A stretch of 64,000 nt of DNA from Eledone cirrhosa (Eukaryota): contig OZ024763.1 of assembly GCA_964016885.1 (NCBI GenBank), positions 13,020,001 to 13,084,000 on the forward strand, given 5' to 3'. The first letter of the stretch is position 1. Every line of letters begins with the position of its first letter. A program made the position numbers and the translations under genes. Shown in pieces: positions 40,576 through 53,003 of the stretch. Below the pieces are notes generated by a model. That model saw nothing but the letters and a program-made list of their open reading frames with translations. It did not search any database and had not been told where the DNA came from.

Positions 40576-42332
40576 AGACATAGCTGTACTGTGCTCAGTT
40601 CAGCTAGCTGTAAATAAGGTACCATTACAAGACATAGCTGTACTAATGTGCTCAGTCTAGCTAGCTGTAAATAAGGTACCATGATATGACATAGTTGTAC
40701 TAATGTGCTCAGTCCACCTAGCTGTAAATAAGGTACCATGATATGACATAGTTGTACTAATGTGCTCAGTCTAGCTAGCTGTAAATAAGGTACCATGATA
40801 TGACATAGTTGTACTGTGTGCTCAGCCCACCTAGCTGTAAATAAGGTACCATGATATGACATAGTTGTACTAATGTGCTCAGTCTAGCTAGCTGTAAATA
40901 AGGTACCATGATATGACATAGTTGTACTGTGTGCTCAGCCCACCTAGCTGTAAATAAGGTACCATGATATGACATAGTTGTACTAATGTGCTCAGTCCAC
41001 CTAGCTGTAAATAAGGTACCATGATATGACATAGTTGTACTAATGTGCTCAGTCCACCTAGCTGTAAATAAGGTACCATGATATGACATAGTTGTACTAA
41101 TGTGCTCAGTCTAGCTAGCTGTAAATAAGGTACCATGACTTGACATAGTTGTACTAATGTGCTCAGTCCACCTAGCTGTAAATAAGGTACCATGATATGA
41201 CATAGTTGTACTAATGTGCTCAGTCCACCTAGCTGTAAATAAGGTACCATGATATGACATAGTTGTACTAATGTGCTCAGTCTAGCTAGCTGTAAATAAG
41301 GTACCATGACTTGACATAGTTGTACTGTGTGCTCAGTCCACCTAGCTGTAAATAGGGTACCATGACTTGACATAGCTGTACTAATGTGCTCAGTCCACCT
41401 AGCTGTAAATAGGGTACCATGACTTGACATAGTTGTACTGTGTGCTCAGCCCACCTAGCTGTAAATAAGGTACCATGACTTGACATAGCTGTACTAATGT
41501 GCTCAGTCCACCTAGCTGTAAATAGGGTACCATGACTTGACATAGCTGTACTAATGTGCTCAGTCCACCTAGCTGTAAATAGGGTACCATGACTTGACAT
41601 AGCTGTACTAATGTGCTCAGTCCACCTAGCTGTAAATAGGGTACCATGACTTGACATAGCTGTACTAATGTGCTCAGTCCACCTAGCTGTAAATAGGGTA
41701 CCATGACTTGACATAGCTGTACTAATGTGCTCAGTCCACCTAGCTGTAAATAGGGTACCATGACTTGACATAGTTGTACTGTGTGCTCAGCCCACCTAGC
41801 TGTAAATAAGGTACCATGACTTGACATAGCTGTACTAATGTGCTCAGTCCACCTAGCTGTAAATAGGGTACCATGACTTGACATAGCTGTACTAATGTGC
41901 TCAGTCCACCTAGCTGTAAATAGGGTACCATGACTTGACATAGCTGTACTAATGTGCTCAGTCCACCTAGCTGTAAATAGGGTACCATGACTTGACATAG
42001 CTGTACTAATGTGCTCAGTCCACCTAGCTGTAAATAGGGTACCATGACTTGACATAGCTGTACTAATGTGCTCAGTCCACCTAGCTGTAAATAGGGTACC
42101 ATGACTTGACATAGCTGTACTAATGTGCTCAGTCCACCTAGCTGTAAATAGGGTACCATGACTTGACATAGCTGTACTAATGTGCTCAGTCCACCTAGCT
42201 GTAAATAGGGTACCATGACTTGACATAGCTGTACTAATGTGCTCAGTCCACCTAGCTGTAAATAAGGTACCATGACTTGACATAGCTGTACTAATGTGCT
42301 CAGTCCACCTAGCTGTAAATAAGGTACCATGA
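40576..42332. repeat. 56/57-bp minisatellite, ~31 units
   Basis: Unit acatagctgtactaatgtgctcagtccacctagctgtaaatagggtaccatgacttg. Confidence 0.95.
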
Positions 42333-42677
42333 GGTTAGATCTGCAAATTCAACAAAAGTTTCATTAATTCATTAATGCAGACAATACTGAGTACAGCATT
42401 GTAGAGAGGTGGTGGTGGCCATGATGGACATCAAGAACAACAATAGCAGCAACAACAACAATAACACTGTCACCATCATCATAGCTACTACCATCATCAC
42501 TACAACCAACACTATCACACCCATGACCACCACGATCAGTAATAACAACACCAACCCCAACAACAACACTACTACCACCACCATCAGTTATAACAACACT
42601 ATCAACTCCACCACCACTACCACAACAACACTAACACCACCACAACAACAATAAATATATATATATAGATATATATA

Positions 42678-43230
42678 TAATGGTGAAGACATATATACAT
42701 ATACAATGGTCAAGATATATATATCTAATGGTCAAGATACATATCCAATGGTCAAGACATATATATACAATGGTCAAGATATATACAAACGGTCAAGATT
42801 TATATACAATGGTCAAGACACATATATATACAATGGTCAAGACATATATATACAATGCTTAAGATATATATACAATGGTCAAGATATATACAAACGGTCA
42901 AGATTTATATACAATGGTCAAGACACATATATATATACAATGGTCAAGACATATATATACAATGCTCAAGACATATATACAATGGTCAAGACATACATAT
43001 ATACAATGGTCAAGACATACATATATCTAACGGTCAAGATACATATCCAATGGTCAAGACATATATACATACAATGGTGAAGACATATTCAATGGTCAAG
43101 ACATATTTATCCAATGGTCAACATACATAGATTCAATGATCAAGACTCATATTTATCTAATGGTCAAGATATATATAAACAATGGTCAAGACTTATATCT
43201 AATGGTCAAGAAGAATATACAATGGTCAAA
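42678..43230. repeat. ~20-26-bp degenerate minisatellite (tacaatggtcaagacatata) abutting the exon B donor
   Basis: Direct reading. Confidence 0.9.
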
Positions 43231-43240
43231 CCCTACTTAC

Positions 43241-43316
43241 TCATCTTTTTGTCCCGAACTTCCCGAAGTCTGGCCCGAATCTTCTTCCTGTCTTCAAAGT
43301 TGTCCACTTTATCCAA
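43241..43316 (-). CDS. Exon B (76 bp, phase 0-1): LDKVDNFEDRKKIRARLREVRDKKM, core of the Smoothelin motif
   Basis: Acceptor gttctgttacag|TTG, donor ATGA|gtaagt; resembles vertebrate smoothelin DEEVLDKMLDQSTDFEERKLIRAALRELR (recalled from memory). Confidence 0.9.
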
Positions 43317-43339
43317 CTGTAACAGAACACAGACACAAA

Positions 43340-43760
43340 TCATTATACCATTCCACCATTAAACTGTTAAATCATTATACCATTCCACTATTAAACTGTT
43401 AAACCATTATGCCATTAAACTGTTAAACCATTATGCCCTTAAACTGTTAAATCATTATACTATTAAACTGTTAAACCATTATACCATTCCACCATTAAAC
43501 TGTTACACCATTCCACCACTAAACTGTTAAATCAGTCCACCATTAAACTGTTAAACCAGTCCACCATTAAACTGTTAAACCAGTCCACCATTAAACTGTT
43601 AAACCAGTCCACCATTAAACTGTTAAACCAGTCCACCATTAAACTGTTAAACCAGTCCACCATTAAACTGTTAAACCAGTCCACCATTAAACTGTTAAAC
43701 CAGTCCACCATTAAACTGTTAAACCAGTCCACCATTAAACTGTTAAACCAGTCCACCATT
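43340..43760. repeat. 24-bp minisatellite ccaccattaaactgttaaaccagt just upstream of the exon B acceptor
   Basis: Direct reading. Confidence 0.9.
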
Positions 43761-44548
43761 CTATCATAAGGCCAAGCCTAGTATCATAGAACAAGGGGCA
43801 GTTTCAGGTGATTTGGTATAAAAAAAGGGGCTAAATGTTTCTCATATAAAACGTTCTCCCCCATCCCCCCAGAATACATTTCCCAAGCAAAACACTGGAA
43901 GTAGAAATGCTACTAATGTCTGGCGGGGGGGGGGGGGGGGGGGGGGTGTACTCAATAATGAAAGTAACTGAAAGATTGCTTGAAAAGGGCTTAGCGATGG
44001 CTCCCTCTGGTGTTATTTTCAATAGGACTCTTGAGATTCATTAGCCCATAATAGGGGACAGGATGAAGGGTAATAGTAATTAGATGTGTAGGGTATTGAG
44101 TTAGGGGTAGGGTTATGATGAGTTCTTCAGTCCCGCCCCCCTCCCGGAATGAACAGAGGGGAGGGGAAGGGTTAGGGAGGGCAGAGAAGTGAAGGGGAAA
44201 AGAGGGAGAGGGAGGGGCAGAGAAAGAGACAGGCAGAGAGGAAAGGCTGACAAACACATGGAAAGAAAGGAAAAGAGAGAGAGAGAGAGAGAAAGGTGGA
44301 GAAAGAGACAGTAGATACATACAGACAAAAGTATATATATACATATATATATATATATCGGGGGGGGGGAGGGAGAGGGAGGGAGAGAGAGAGAGAGTGA
44401 CAAAGTCAGAAGTAGGCATAGAGATAGAGATTGACAGAGAAATAGAGAGAGAGAGAGAGAAGTAGGTAGGTAAAATGATGGTGTATATATGTAAGTATCA
44501 TCATCATCATCATCATCATTTTACATCCGCTTTTCCATGCTTGCAAGG

Positions 44549-44593
<45 letters not shown>

Positions 44594-44650
44594 CCATAGA
44601 GAAACAGAGGGAGGCTAAGCAGTGTACAGTGTAGGTAGATATAATGATGG

Positions 44651-44690
<40 letters not shown>

Positions 44691-44744
44691 CAGAGAAGAA
44701 ATTAAAAGACAGGGAGGGTAAGCAGTGTAGGTAGATATAATGAT

Positions 44745-44876
<132 letters not shown>

Positions 44877-44928
44877 TATATATATAAATATATATAAGAA
44901 ATTAAAAGATGGTTAAAAAAGTTCCATA

Positions 44929-44999
44929 TATTTTATTATGCACATTTCAAAAACAAATATCATCCTGGGACGATAGTTGCGTTCTCATCAGATAAAATA
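44929..44999 (-). ncRNA. Minimal type-I hammerhead ribozyme motif, sense to the host gene
   Basis: Reverse complement TATTTTAT CTGATGA GAACGCAACTATCGTCC ca GGATGATATTTGTTTTT GAAA T gtgc A TA ATAAAATA; perfect 8-bp stem I. Confidence 0.7.
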
Positions 45000-45290
45000 A
45001 GGTAACATGATTAGAGAGAGAGAGAGAGAGGGGGGGGGTAAGCAGAGTAGGGGTAGATGTAACGATGGTATTAGAAAAGTAGTTAAAATCCAGTAGAAGC
45101 TGTCAGTGTTTCTACTCTGCTATTCTTAGAATGGTGAGGGATATATTCTACATGTAAAAACAACACCAGTGTAACACCATTCTTCTGTGTCTGTGAGGCT
45201 GGAAGTTATTCTAAGAATACTTCCCGAAAACTTGATAACAGTTCTGGTGTCAGGCAGCACAGAATATATATACATACATATATATATATG

Positions 45291-45547
45291 TGGAGGCACA
45301 TGGCTTAGTGGTTAGAGCATTGGCCTTGCAATCGAAAGGTTGTGAGATCAATTCTCAGACCGGGTGATGTGTTGTTTCCTTGAGCAAGACACTTTATTTC
45401 ACATTGCTCCAGTTTACTCAGCTGTAGAAATGAGATGATAGGGAGTGGGGTCCATATCATTCCACTACAAAGTGGTTGTGTAGGCACCACAGCAAAAAAG
45501 CACCAAGCACTCACTGTAAATGAGGTTGGTGTTAGGAAGGGCATCCA
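45291..45547 (+). mobile_element. SINE family 1, 3'-truncated
   Basis: Sequence match to the family. Confidence 0.8.
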
Positions 45548-45777
45548 TATATATATGGTAAAGACCTTCACCTATCCCAATCACCACCCTCTCCTGCCAC
45601 CAGAAAAGATATAAATACCACCATATTACTTGGACAGTCGGTTTCCTGATGATTTCTCCCGAATTAAACAGTTCTAGTCCTGTAGAAGCCTTTTCTATAT
45701 TAAATAGTTATACTGTGCTTTGTATTGAGTACCTTACTTACTATGGTTACCCCTGATTGAACCCGGGATAAACTTAT

Positions 45778-46091
45778 ATCATCATCATCATCATCATTTT
45801 TACGTCCACTTTTCCCTGCTTGCAAGGGTGGGACGGGAACTGATTCTGGCTTAATTTCTACAGTTGGATGCCCTTCCTAACACCAACCTCATTTACAGTG
45901 AGTGCTGGGTGCTTTTTGCCGTGGTGCCTACACGACCACTTTGCAGTGGAATGATAGGGACCCCAGTCCCTATCATCTCATTTCTACAGCTGAGTAAACT
46001 GGAGCAATGTGAAATAAAGTGTCTTGCTCAAGGAAACAACACATCACCCGGTCTGAGAATTGAACTCAAACCTTTCGATTGCAAGGTCAAT
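45778..46091 (-). mobile_element. SINE family 1, 5'-truncated
   Basis: Sequence match; inverted relative to the 45291 copy. Confidence 0.8.
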
Positions 46092-46104
46092 ATTATATCT
46101 ATCT

Positions 46105-46270
46105 AGGGCGGGTAAAATTCCCGAGATCCATGGATGAGTTCTTTCCAGCGGTCTCTGTCCCTCATCTCCAACAGACCAGTGTCTGTCCTTAGGGCATCAA
46201 CATACATTAACCTTGGTCTTCCTCTTCCAGTGTGTCCATGTAGGGGCTCCCACAGGAGCACTGAGTGCAA
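46105..46270 (-). mobile_element. RTE/RTE-X LINE 3' fragment
   Basis: VLLWEPLHGHTGRGRPRLMYVDAL...MRDRDRW. Confidence 0.7.
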
Positions 46271-46749
46271 AATTATATATATATATATATATAATATTAT
46301 ATATATATATATATATAATATGGTGCCGCGCCATCCAGGCCGAAACAAATGAGATCGTGTAGGTGTCACGACAAAAAAACACACAGTCCACGCTGTAATG
46401 TGGCCGTGAAGGCAACACGGTAAAAACCTCCCAGACCCACACTGTAAATGTGGTTGGTGTTAGGAAGGGCATCCAACTGTAGAAAACCTGCCAGACAGTC
46501 CTATGCGAGCAAGACAATCACTCTTGCCTCAAGTGGGACTACCCCCGTCCAAACCCATGCAAGCGTGGAACACGGACGTTAAACGTTGATGATGATGATG
46601 ATGATGATATATATATATATATAATGTAGTGAATTTTATAAAAAAAGTATATCCACATTCGGCAGAGTACTCAGTTCGAGTGCCAAGTTGTAATATACAA
46701 AATTTGGTGAAATTCACATTTCTAATTTAGGCACACAATTAATTAAATT

Positions 46750-47565
46750 AATTGTTTCTACTTTTGGCACAAGGCCATCAATCACCCAGTGCATTACTGG
46801 TACTTTATTTTATCGACCCCGTAAGGATGAAAGGCAAAGTTAACCTCGGTGGGATTTGAACTCAGACCGCAAAGGGACGTAACTATGCTGCAAAGCATGG
46901 CGTCCGACCCTCTACCGATACTGCCAAGCCACCACCCTTTAATTAAATTAATTGTTTCTACGTTAGGCACAAGGCCAGCAATTACCCAGTGTATTACTGG
47001 TACTTTATTTTATCGACCCCGTACGGATGAAAGGCAAAGTTAACCTCGGCGGGATTTGAACTCAAAATGGCAAGGGCTGTAACTCTGTGCGTCAAAGCAT
47101 GGCGTCCGACCCTCTACCGATACTGCCAATCCACCGCCTTTAATTAAATTAATTAAATTAATACCAGTGCATTACTGATTTCTAATTTAGGCACACAATC
47201 AATTAAATTAATACCAGTGAATTACTGGTACTTTATCTTATCGACCCTGTAACGATGCGAAGCAAAGCTAACCTTGGCAGGATTTGAACTTAGAACATAA
47301 AGGGCTGTAACTCTATGCACCAAAGCATGTTGTCCAACGCTCTACCGATTCTGCTAATCCACTGTCCTACCCATATAATAATTGTTTCTACTTTTGGCAC
47401 AAGGCCAACAATTATCCCAGTGCATTACTGGTACTTTATTTTATCGACCCCGTAAGGATGAAAGGCAAAGTCAACCTCGGCGGGATTTGAACTCAGACCG
47501 CAAAGGGACGTAACTATGCTGGAAAGCATGGCGTCCGACCCTCTACCGATACTGCCAATCCACCA
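46750..47565 (-). mobile_element. Tandem cluster of four SINE family 2 copies (~190 bp each)
   Basis: Reverse complement GGCGGTGGATTGGCAGTATCGGTAGAG...GAGTTCAAATCC...GCCTTTCATCCTTACGGGGTCGATAAAATAAAGTACCAG repeated; other copies at ~33519-33690(+), ~33765-33980, ~39436-39622, ~47850-48040 and ~48830-49010. Confidence 0.8.
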
Positions 47566-47597
47566 TATAATAATAGAACAAAGTTTACCCCCCTTAC

Positions 47598-47789
47598 CAT
47601 CGCCTGTAACTCGTCTTCATCCTCAATGGTGTCGTACGACGTCATATTCAATTTTTTCTCAACAGCTGATCTGAGACAGTGAAGAAGTCCCTTCTCTTTA
47701 CTTAATGACTTGAATGGATTGAACGACCTGCTTCGATGCTGCGATGGGTGCTTATCTCGCAACTCTGGCTGGCAGTTGTCAGGTTCTTC
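47598..47789 (-). CDS. Exon A (192 bp, ends in phase 0) of a smoothelin-like gene: EEPDNCQPELRDKHPSQ...KLNMTSYDTIEDEDELQAM; the part upstream of MTSY could be 5' UTR
   Basis: Acceptor ttgatgtttattttcag|GAA at 47790-47791, donor ATG|gtaagg at 47597; open frame; joins the next exon in phase 0 to complete a Smoothelin-domain (PF12510-like) motif. Confidence 0.85.
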
Positions 47790-48519
47790 CTGAAAATAAA
47801 CATCAAAAAGAAAAACAATTATATAGGTTTTTTTTGTGAAATAATTGTTTTTTACTTTTGTACTTTTGTCACAAGACCAGCAATTACCCCAGTGTATTAC
47901 TGGTGCTTTATTTTATAACCCCCCCCCCCACCCCCGTAAGGATGACAGGCAAAGTTAACCTTGGCGGGATTTGAACTCAAAACGCAAAGGGCCGTAACTC
48001 ATAACTCTATGCTGCAAAGCATTGTGTTTGGCGCTCTATATGAAAGGTGCTAAGTATATCCAAGATTACAGTAGTAAGATGTGTAAATGGTTGTTTTAAC
48101 CCATTAACATTTACATTACTCTATATATACTACTGTATTTTCATGGTAAATACTTTATTTCACACAATTATCTCACATAATATCGAATCTATGAGATTTT
48201 GATATTATTTATTTTGAGGACAATACCTTAACAAAATTATGAGCAGCTGGTTATGGCCAGTTTGAACAGAAAGAAGTGAGAAAATTCTGACCGGATGCAG
48301 CTGGTTTAAAAGCTAAAAAGGGTTAGTATGTTGAGTATTGAAGCTGAATTTCGTAACTTTGCAGAAGGTTTCTTTGCTTGGCATAACAAGAACCATATAA
48401 AAGGTGCTAAGTATATCTAATACTACAGTAGAAAATGTGTAAATGGTTAGATATGGATGCAGAATTTCCTGATTCTACAGAAGACCTGTTTGCCTGGTAC
48501 AGCAGAAACCACAAGAAAG

Positions 48520-49580
48520 AACTAGATAGCTATGTCTGTTAGACGCAGCTTAATTACAATCTAGCAATCCAAATTCTGGCACAATGACAATGAAATACTG
48601 AATAAGAGAAACTGTGAAAAAGATAAAATCCAAATTGAAAACAGATCTCCAGAATGCTATGCTAAAATGATGGCAAGAAAAACCCATACATGGTCAGTAC
48701 ATGAAAAGGCTTAACCCTTTAGCATTTAAACTGGCCATAACCGGCCAGAATTCTCTCACCTCTTTCTGTTTAAACTGGCCTATATCCGGCCACTCATACC
48801 AACATTAGGGGTATTGTTCTCAAAATAAATAATTGTTTCCACTTTTGGCACAAGGCCATCAATTACCCCAGTGCATTACTGGTACTTTATTTTACCGACC
48901 CCGTAAGGATGAAAGGCAAAGTTAACCTCGGCAGGATTTGAACTCAGGCCATAAAGGGACGTAACTATGCTGGAAAGCATGGCGTCCCTCTACCGATACT
49001 GCCAATCCACAAATAATATCAAAATCTCATAGATTCAATATTGTGTGAGGTAAAGCCTTTTCTGTGAAAATACAATAGTAAATATAGAGCAATGTGAATG
49101 CTAAAGGGTTAATAGGGAAGAAGTGGACAAGCAAAATTCACAAAACTGGTTACACAGCATTGGACTAAAAGCTGATTTCTAATTGTAGCACAAGATCAAA
49201 GCCTCCCAGGAACCACCAAAAGTACATTATGAAGCAGAACAGTAAGTAACTGCAGACTATGTGATGGTGCAGAAGAAACAATTATTATAAGGATTGTTTC
49301 TGTCTTCACCATCTACATTTGGGTTATTTCTATCTCAAGATCCTTGTATTTAGATAATTTCTCTATTTCCTTGATAGATATATTGTCATCTGTGGAGATC
49401 GATACATCAATTAGAAGGCATTTATTTATTTTCTTTGTGGTCTTTGACTATAATATCTGGTCTATAAGCTTTGATCTCCCTGTCTGTGTGTATTGGAATA
49501 TCGTAGAGTATGGTTGCTTTGTCATTCTCTGATACCTCTTCAGGTGTATGTTTGTACCACATTTTTTCTGTTGGTATTAC
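48520..49580. mobile_element. Degraded R4/Dong-like (RLE-type) LINE fragments, first part on +, endonuclease part on -
   Basis: + strand WQEKPIHGQYMKRLNREEVDKQNSQNWL..FLIVAQDQSL; - strand WYKHTPE..RPDIIVKD..CLLIDVSI..KEIEKLSKYKDL. Confidence 0.75.
48711..49112 (+). mobile_element. Same MITE, unexpanded, with a SINE2 insertion; interrupts an R4/Dong-like LINE fragment
   Basis: TTAA termini and TIRs; older copies at ~14429-14860 (about 4 units) and ~48096-48325 (inverted). Confidence 0.85.
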
Positions 49581-49821
49581 TTCCATGTGGTGACATGATA
49601 AAACCTTTCCATCTCACGCAATCCAACATTAACTGCCAGAGTTCTTCATCTGGACAATACTTTGTGGTGACATAAAACCTTCCCATCTCACACAATCCAA
49701 CATTAAATGCCAGAGTTCTTCATCTGGACAATTCTTTGTGGTGACATAAAACCTTCCCATCTCACACAATCCAACATTAACAGCTTCAGTTATTCACCAC
49801 ATAATTCTGCATCTTCTTCAA

Positions 49822-50035
49822 TGGCTATATTTAATTGTTTCTACTTTTGGCACAAGGCCAGCAATTACCCAGTGCATTACTGGTACTTTATTTTATCGAC
49901 CCCGTAAGGATGAAAGGCAAAGTCAACCTCGGCGGGATTTGAACTCAGATCGTAAAGGGACGTAACTATGCTGGAAAGCATGGCGTCCGGCCCTCTACCG
50001 ATACTGCCAATCCACCACCCTTGGCTATATTTAAT
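49822..50035 (-). mobile_element. SINE family 2 with 14-bp target-site duplication, inserted in a degraded LINE 3' fragment
   Basis: tggctatatttaat at 49822-49835 and 50022-50035. Confidence 0.85.
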
Positions 50036-50267
50036 ATCCTCAGGTCTTCCACATTAGTGCGCTGCTCCCCTAGTAACAGTTCTGTAGCAGATTCGTTGCC
50101 TCTTATGACATGACCTATGACCTACAAGTTGGAGACACCTGATACAGATGGTATGGCTAATGGGCGGGAAGAAGCTGTGGAGAATTTGGCAAGTATCGAC
50201 AAATTCTCGAGATAAAAAAAAAAACATTTTACAATAAACAGTCTTGCATCGTAGAACCAGGGGTGGT

Positions 50268-50495
50268 ATTAAGTGGGTTTGTATCATAGAACCAGAGGTG
50301 GTATTAGGTGGGTTTGTATCGTAGAACCAGTGGTGGTATTAGGTGGGTTTGTATCGTAGAACCAGTGGTGGTATTAGGTGGGTTTGTATCGTAGAACCAG
50401 TGGTGGTATTAGGTGGGTTTGTATCGTAGAACCAGTGGTGGTATTAGGTGGGTTTGTATCGTAGAACCAGTGGTGGTATTATGTGGGTTTGAATC
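50268..50495. repeat. 35-bp minisatellite, ~6.5 units
   Basis: gtatcgtagaaccagtggtggtattaggtgggttt. Confidence 0.9.
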
Positions 50496-50904
50496 AAAAA
50501 AGTTAAAAGGATCAGCAAGAATTATCTGGAAAAAGGTACAATACAAAGAAAAGACAGATATGAATTGTATGGAAGGACCTTAACAGTATTGTATGGAGGA
50601 ACCTTACCAGTATTGTATGGAAGGACATTAACAGTTGTGTATGGAAGTACCTTAAGAAGAGAATAAGAATGCTTTTTAAATATTAGACGATGGGTTGGTT
50701 GTTGTCCGATAGGAAATGTAATTATAGCGGTCACATCAGTTAAACTAGTTCTGCTCTACCAGGGTTTATCAGGGGATATACAACAACAACAACAACAACA
50801 ACAAAACTAACTAGAGATTGAAACGTCATTTCCATAACACACATGGTGAACAAATTTGAGAATTTGGAAGATAGCAAATAATAATGTGATGTGATTATAT
50901 ATAT

Positions 50905-50937
<33 letters not shown>

Positions 50938-51354
50938 GTGTGACGTGTGTGTATGTGTTAGTACCCCCCCCCCCCCATATATATATAAAAATATATACAT
51001 ATATTTATATATATACACACACACATGTATATATATACATATGTACACACAAATACCCACACATGTAGACACATACACACACACACATATATATACATAC
51101 ATACACATATGTACACATAAACACACACACACACGTACACATACACACACACACGCATGTACACATAAACACATACACGTGCGTACACATGCACACACAT
51201 ATGTACACATACACACACCCGCATGTACACATACACACACATATGTACACACATACACACACCCGCATGTACACATACACACATATGTACACACACACAC
51301 ACACATGTACACATACACATACACATACACACATACACACACACACACACATGT

Positions 51355-51405
<51 letters not shown>

Positions 51406-52091
51406 TAAATATTTACACAGGTGTTCTATGTAAGTAAATCACCTGATGGATGTTTAGGGAAGCACCAAAATATCAGGGGTTAGGAGTGGCGAGGCCTTTT
51501 CTCCTTTTTTGAAGGGAGCAGGGCTGGCCTTTCACTGAAAATCTGTGGCTCCAATGTATCCCTTGCTTTGATGATATGATAACCCCCCCAGTACTGAAAT
51601 ACCTGGGAGTTAAAGGGGGCAGCTTTGTAGTAGTGGTGGTGGTGGTGGTGGTGGGTAATGGTGATGGCATTTGGTAGAGGTGGGGTGGGGTGTGTGACAT
51701 GTGGTGGGGGTGGGGACTGTGGTGGTGATGGGGGTGTATGGTGGTGGCAGTGGTGGAGATTGTGGTGGTGATGGGGGTGTATGGTGGTGGCAGTGGTGGG
51801 GACTGTGGTGGCAGTGGTGGGGGACTGTGGTGGTGGTGGTGGAGGTGTATGGTGTATGGTGATGGTGGCGGCGGTGGGTATGACAGATGTATACAAATTG
51901 CATTGCTGCCCATCTGGGGAATATCAGTTTGTATATATATATATGTATGTATATATATATATGTATGTGCGTGTGTGTGTGTGTGTATATATATATATGT
52001 GTGTGTGTATGTGTGAAGAAAGAGAAAGTAAGTAAAAGTGTGGGAAGATATATGTTTGCGTGTGTGTGTGTGTAACACATGCAAGCGTGTC

Positions 52092-52152
<61 letters not shown>

Positions 52153-52225
52153 GTGTCCCAAAAGATGTATACAAACATTTAATAGAAGTGTGTACATTTT
52201 TTGGGACACCCTGTGTATAAATATA

Positions 52226-52260
<35 letters not shown>

Positions 52261-52263
<3 letters not shown>

Positions 52264-52452
52264 GGAGTAAGTAAGACCCCGACGGCTGAGCTCAAGCCGT
52301 TTCAACGGCTAATTCTGTACTGAATTAGCCGTCGAAACGGCTTGAGCTCAGCCGTCGGGGTCTTACTTGTTCCTATTACCCACTCTACTACCCTAAGTAT
52401 TGAGTACTTTGGTGCGTTATGGTCCACCTGGTTCCTTACCACATTTCCTTCG

Positions 52453-52455
<3 letters not shown>
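52261..52455. mobile_element. Hairpin-plus-tail element in (TA)n
   Basis: Inverted repeat 52261-52376 around loop tgtact; tail attacccactct...tttccttcgtt recurs at ~1281-1360, more distantly at ~8300-8415 and ~45720. Confidence 0.65.
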
Positions 52456-52511
<56 letters not shown>

Positions 52512-52648
52512 AATATAAATTAGCTAGAATCATATTTCGGCTATTGGAAATTAGCGAAAACCAACTTCCGAGATGTGTGGCAAGTGCTCAATAGAAGCTA
52601 GTGAACTAGAGCTACAACATAAGTTAAAAGGCCAAACACACTGAGACG

Positions 52649-52699
<51 letters not shown>

Positions 52700-52806
52700 C
52701 ATAATAAATTCAAAGGGATATATGCATATAATTAGACATAGTCACAGGGAGAGGAAATACTGTATATATTTTATCTAATAATTCTTCAAACATGCAATTT
52801 TGTATG

Positions 52807-52849
<43 letters not shown>

Positions 52850-53003
52850 TTGGAGGCACATGGCTCAGTGGTTAGAGCATTGGCCTTGCAATCGAAAGGT
52901 TGTGAGTTCAATTCTCAGACCGGGTGATGTGTTGTTTCCTTGAGCAAGACACTTTATTTCACATTACTCCAGTTTACTCAGCTGTAGAAATGAGATGATA
53001 GGG
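52850..53003 (+). mobile_element. SINE family 1, 5' half
   Basis: A and B boxes and core present. Confidence 0.8.

Noticed and set aside
40576-42332. CRISPR-like array or repeat-protein gene
   Set aside because: Head-to-tail units with no unique spacers and no cas genes; 56-bp variants shift the frame; lies in an intron.
51436-51482. Further hammerhead candidates here and at ~45646 and ~5068
   Set aside because: Core incomplete: CTGATGG with no GAAA, or only one half present.
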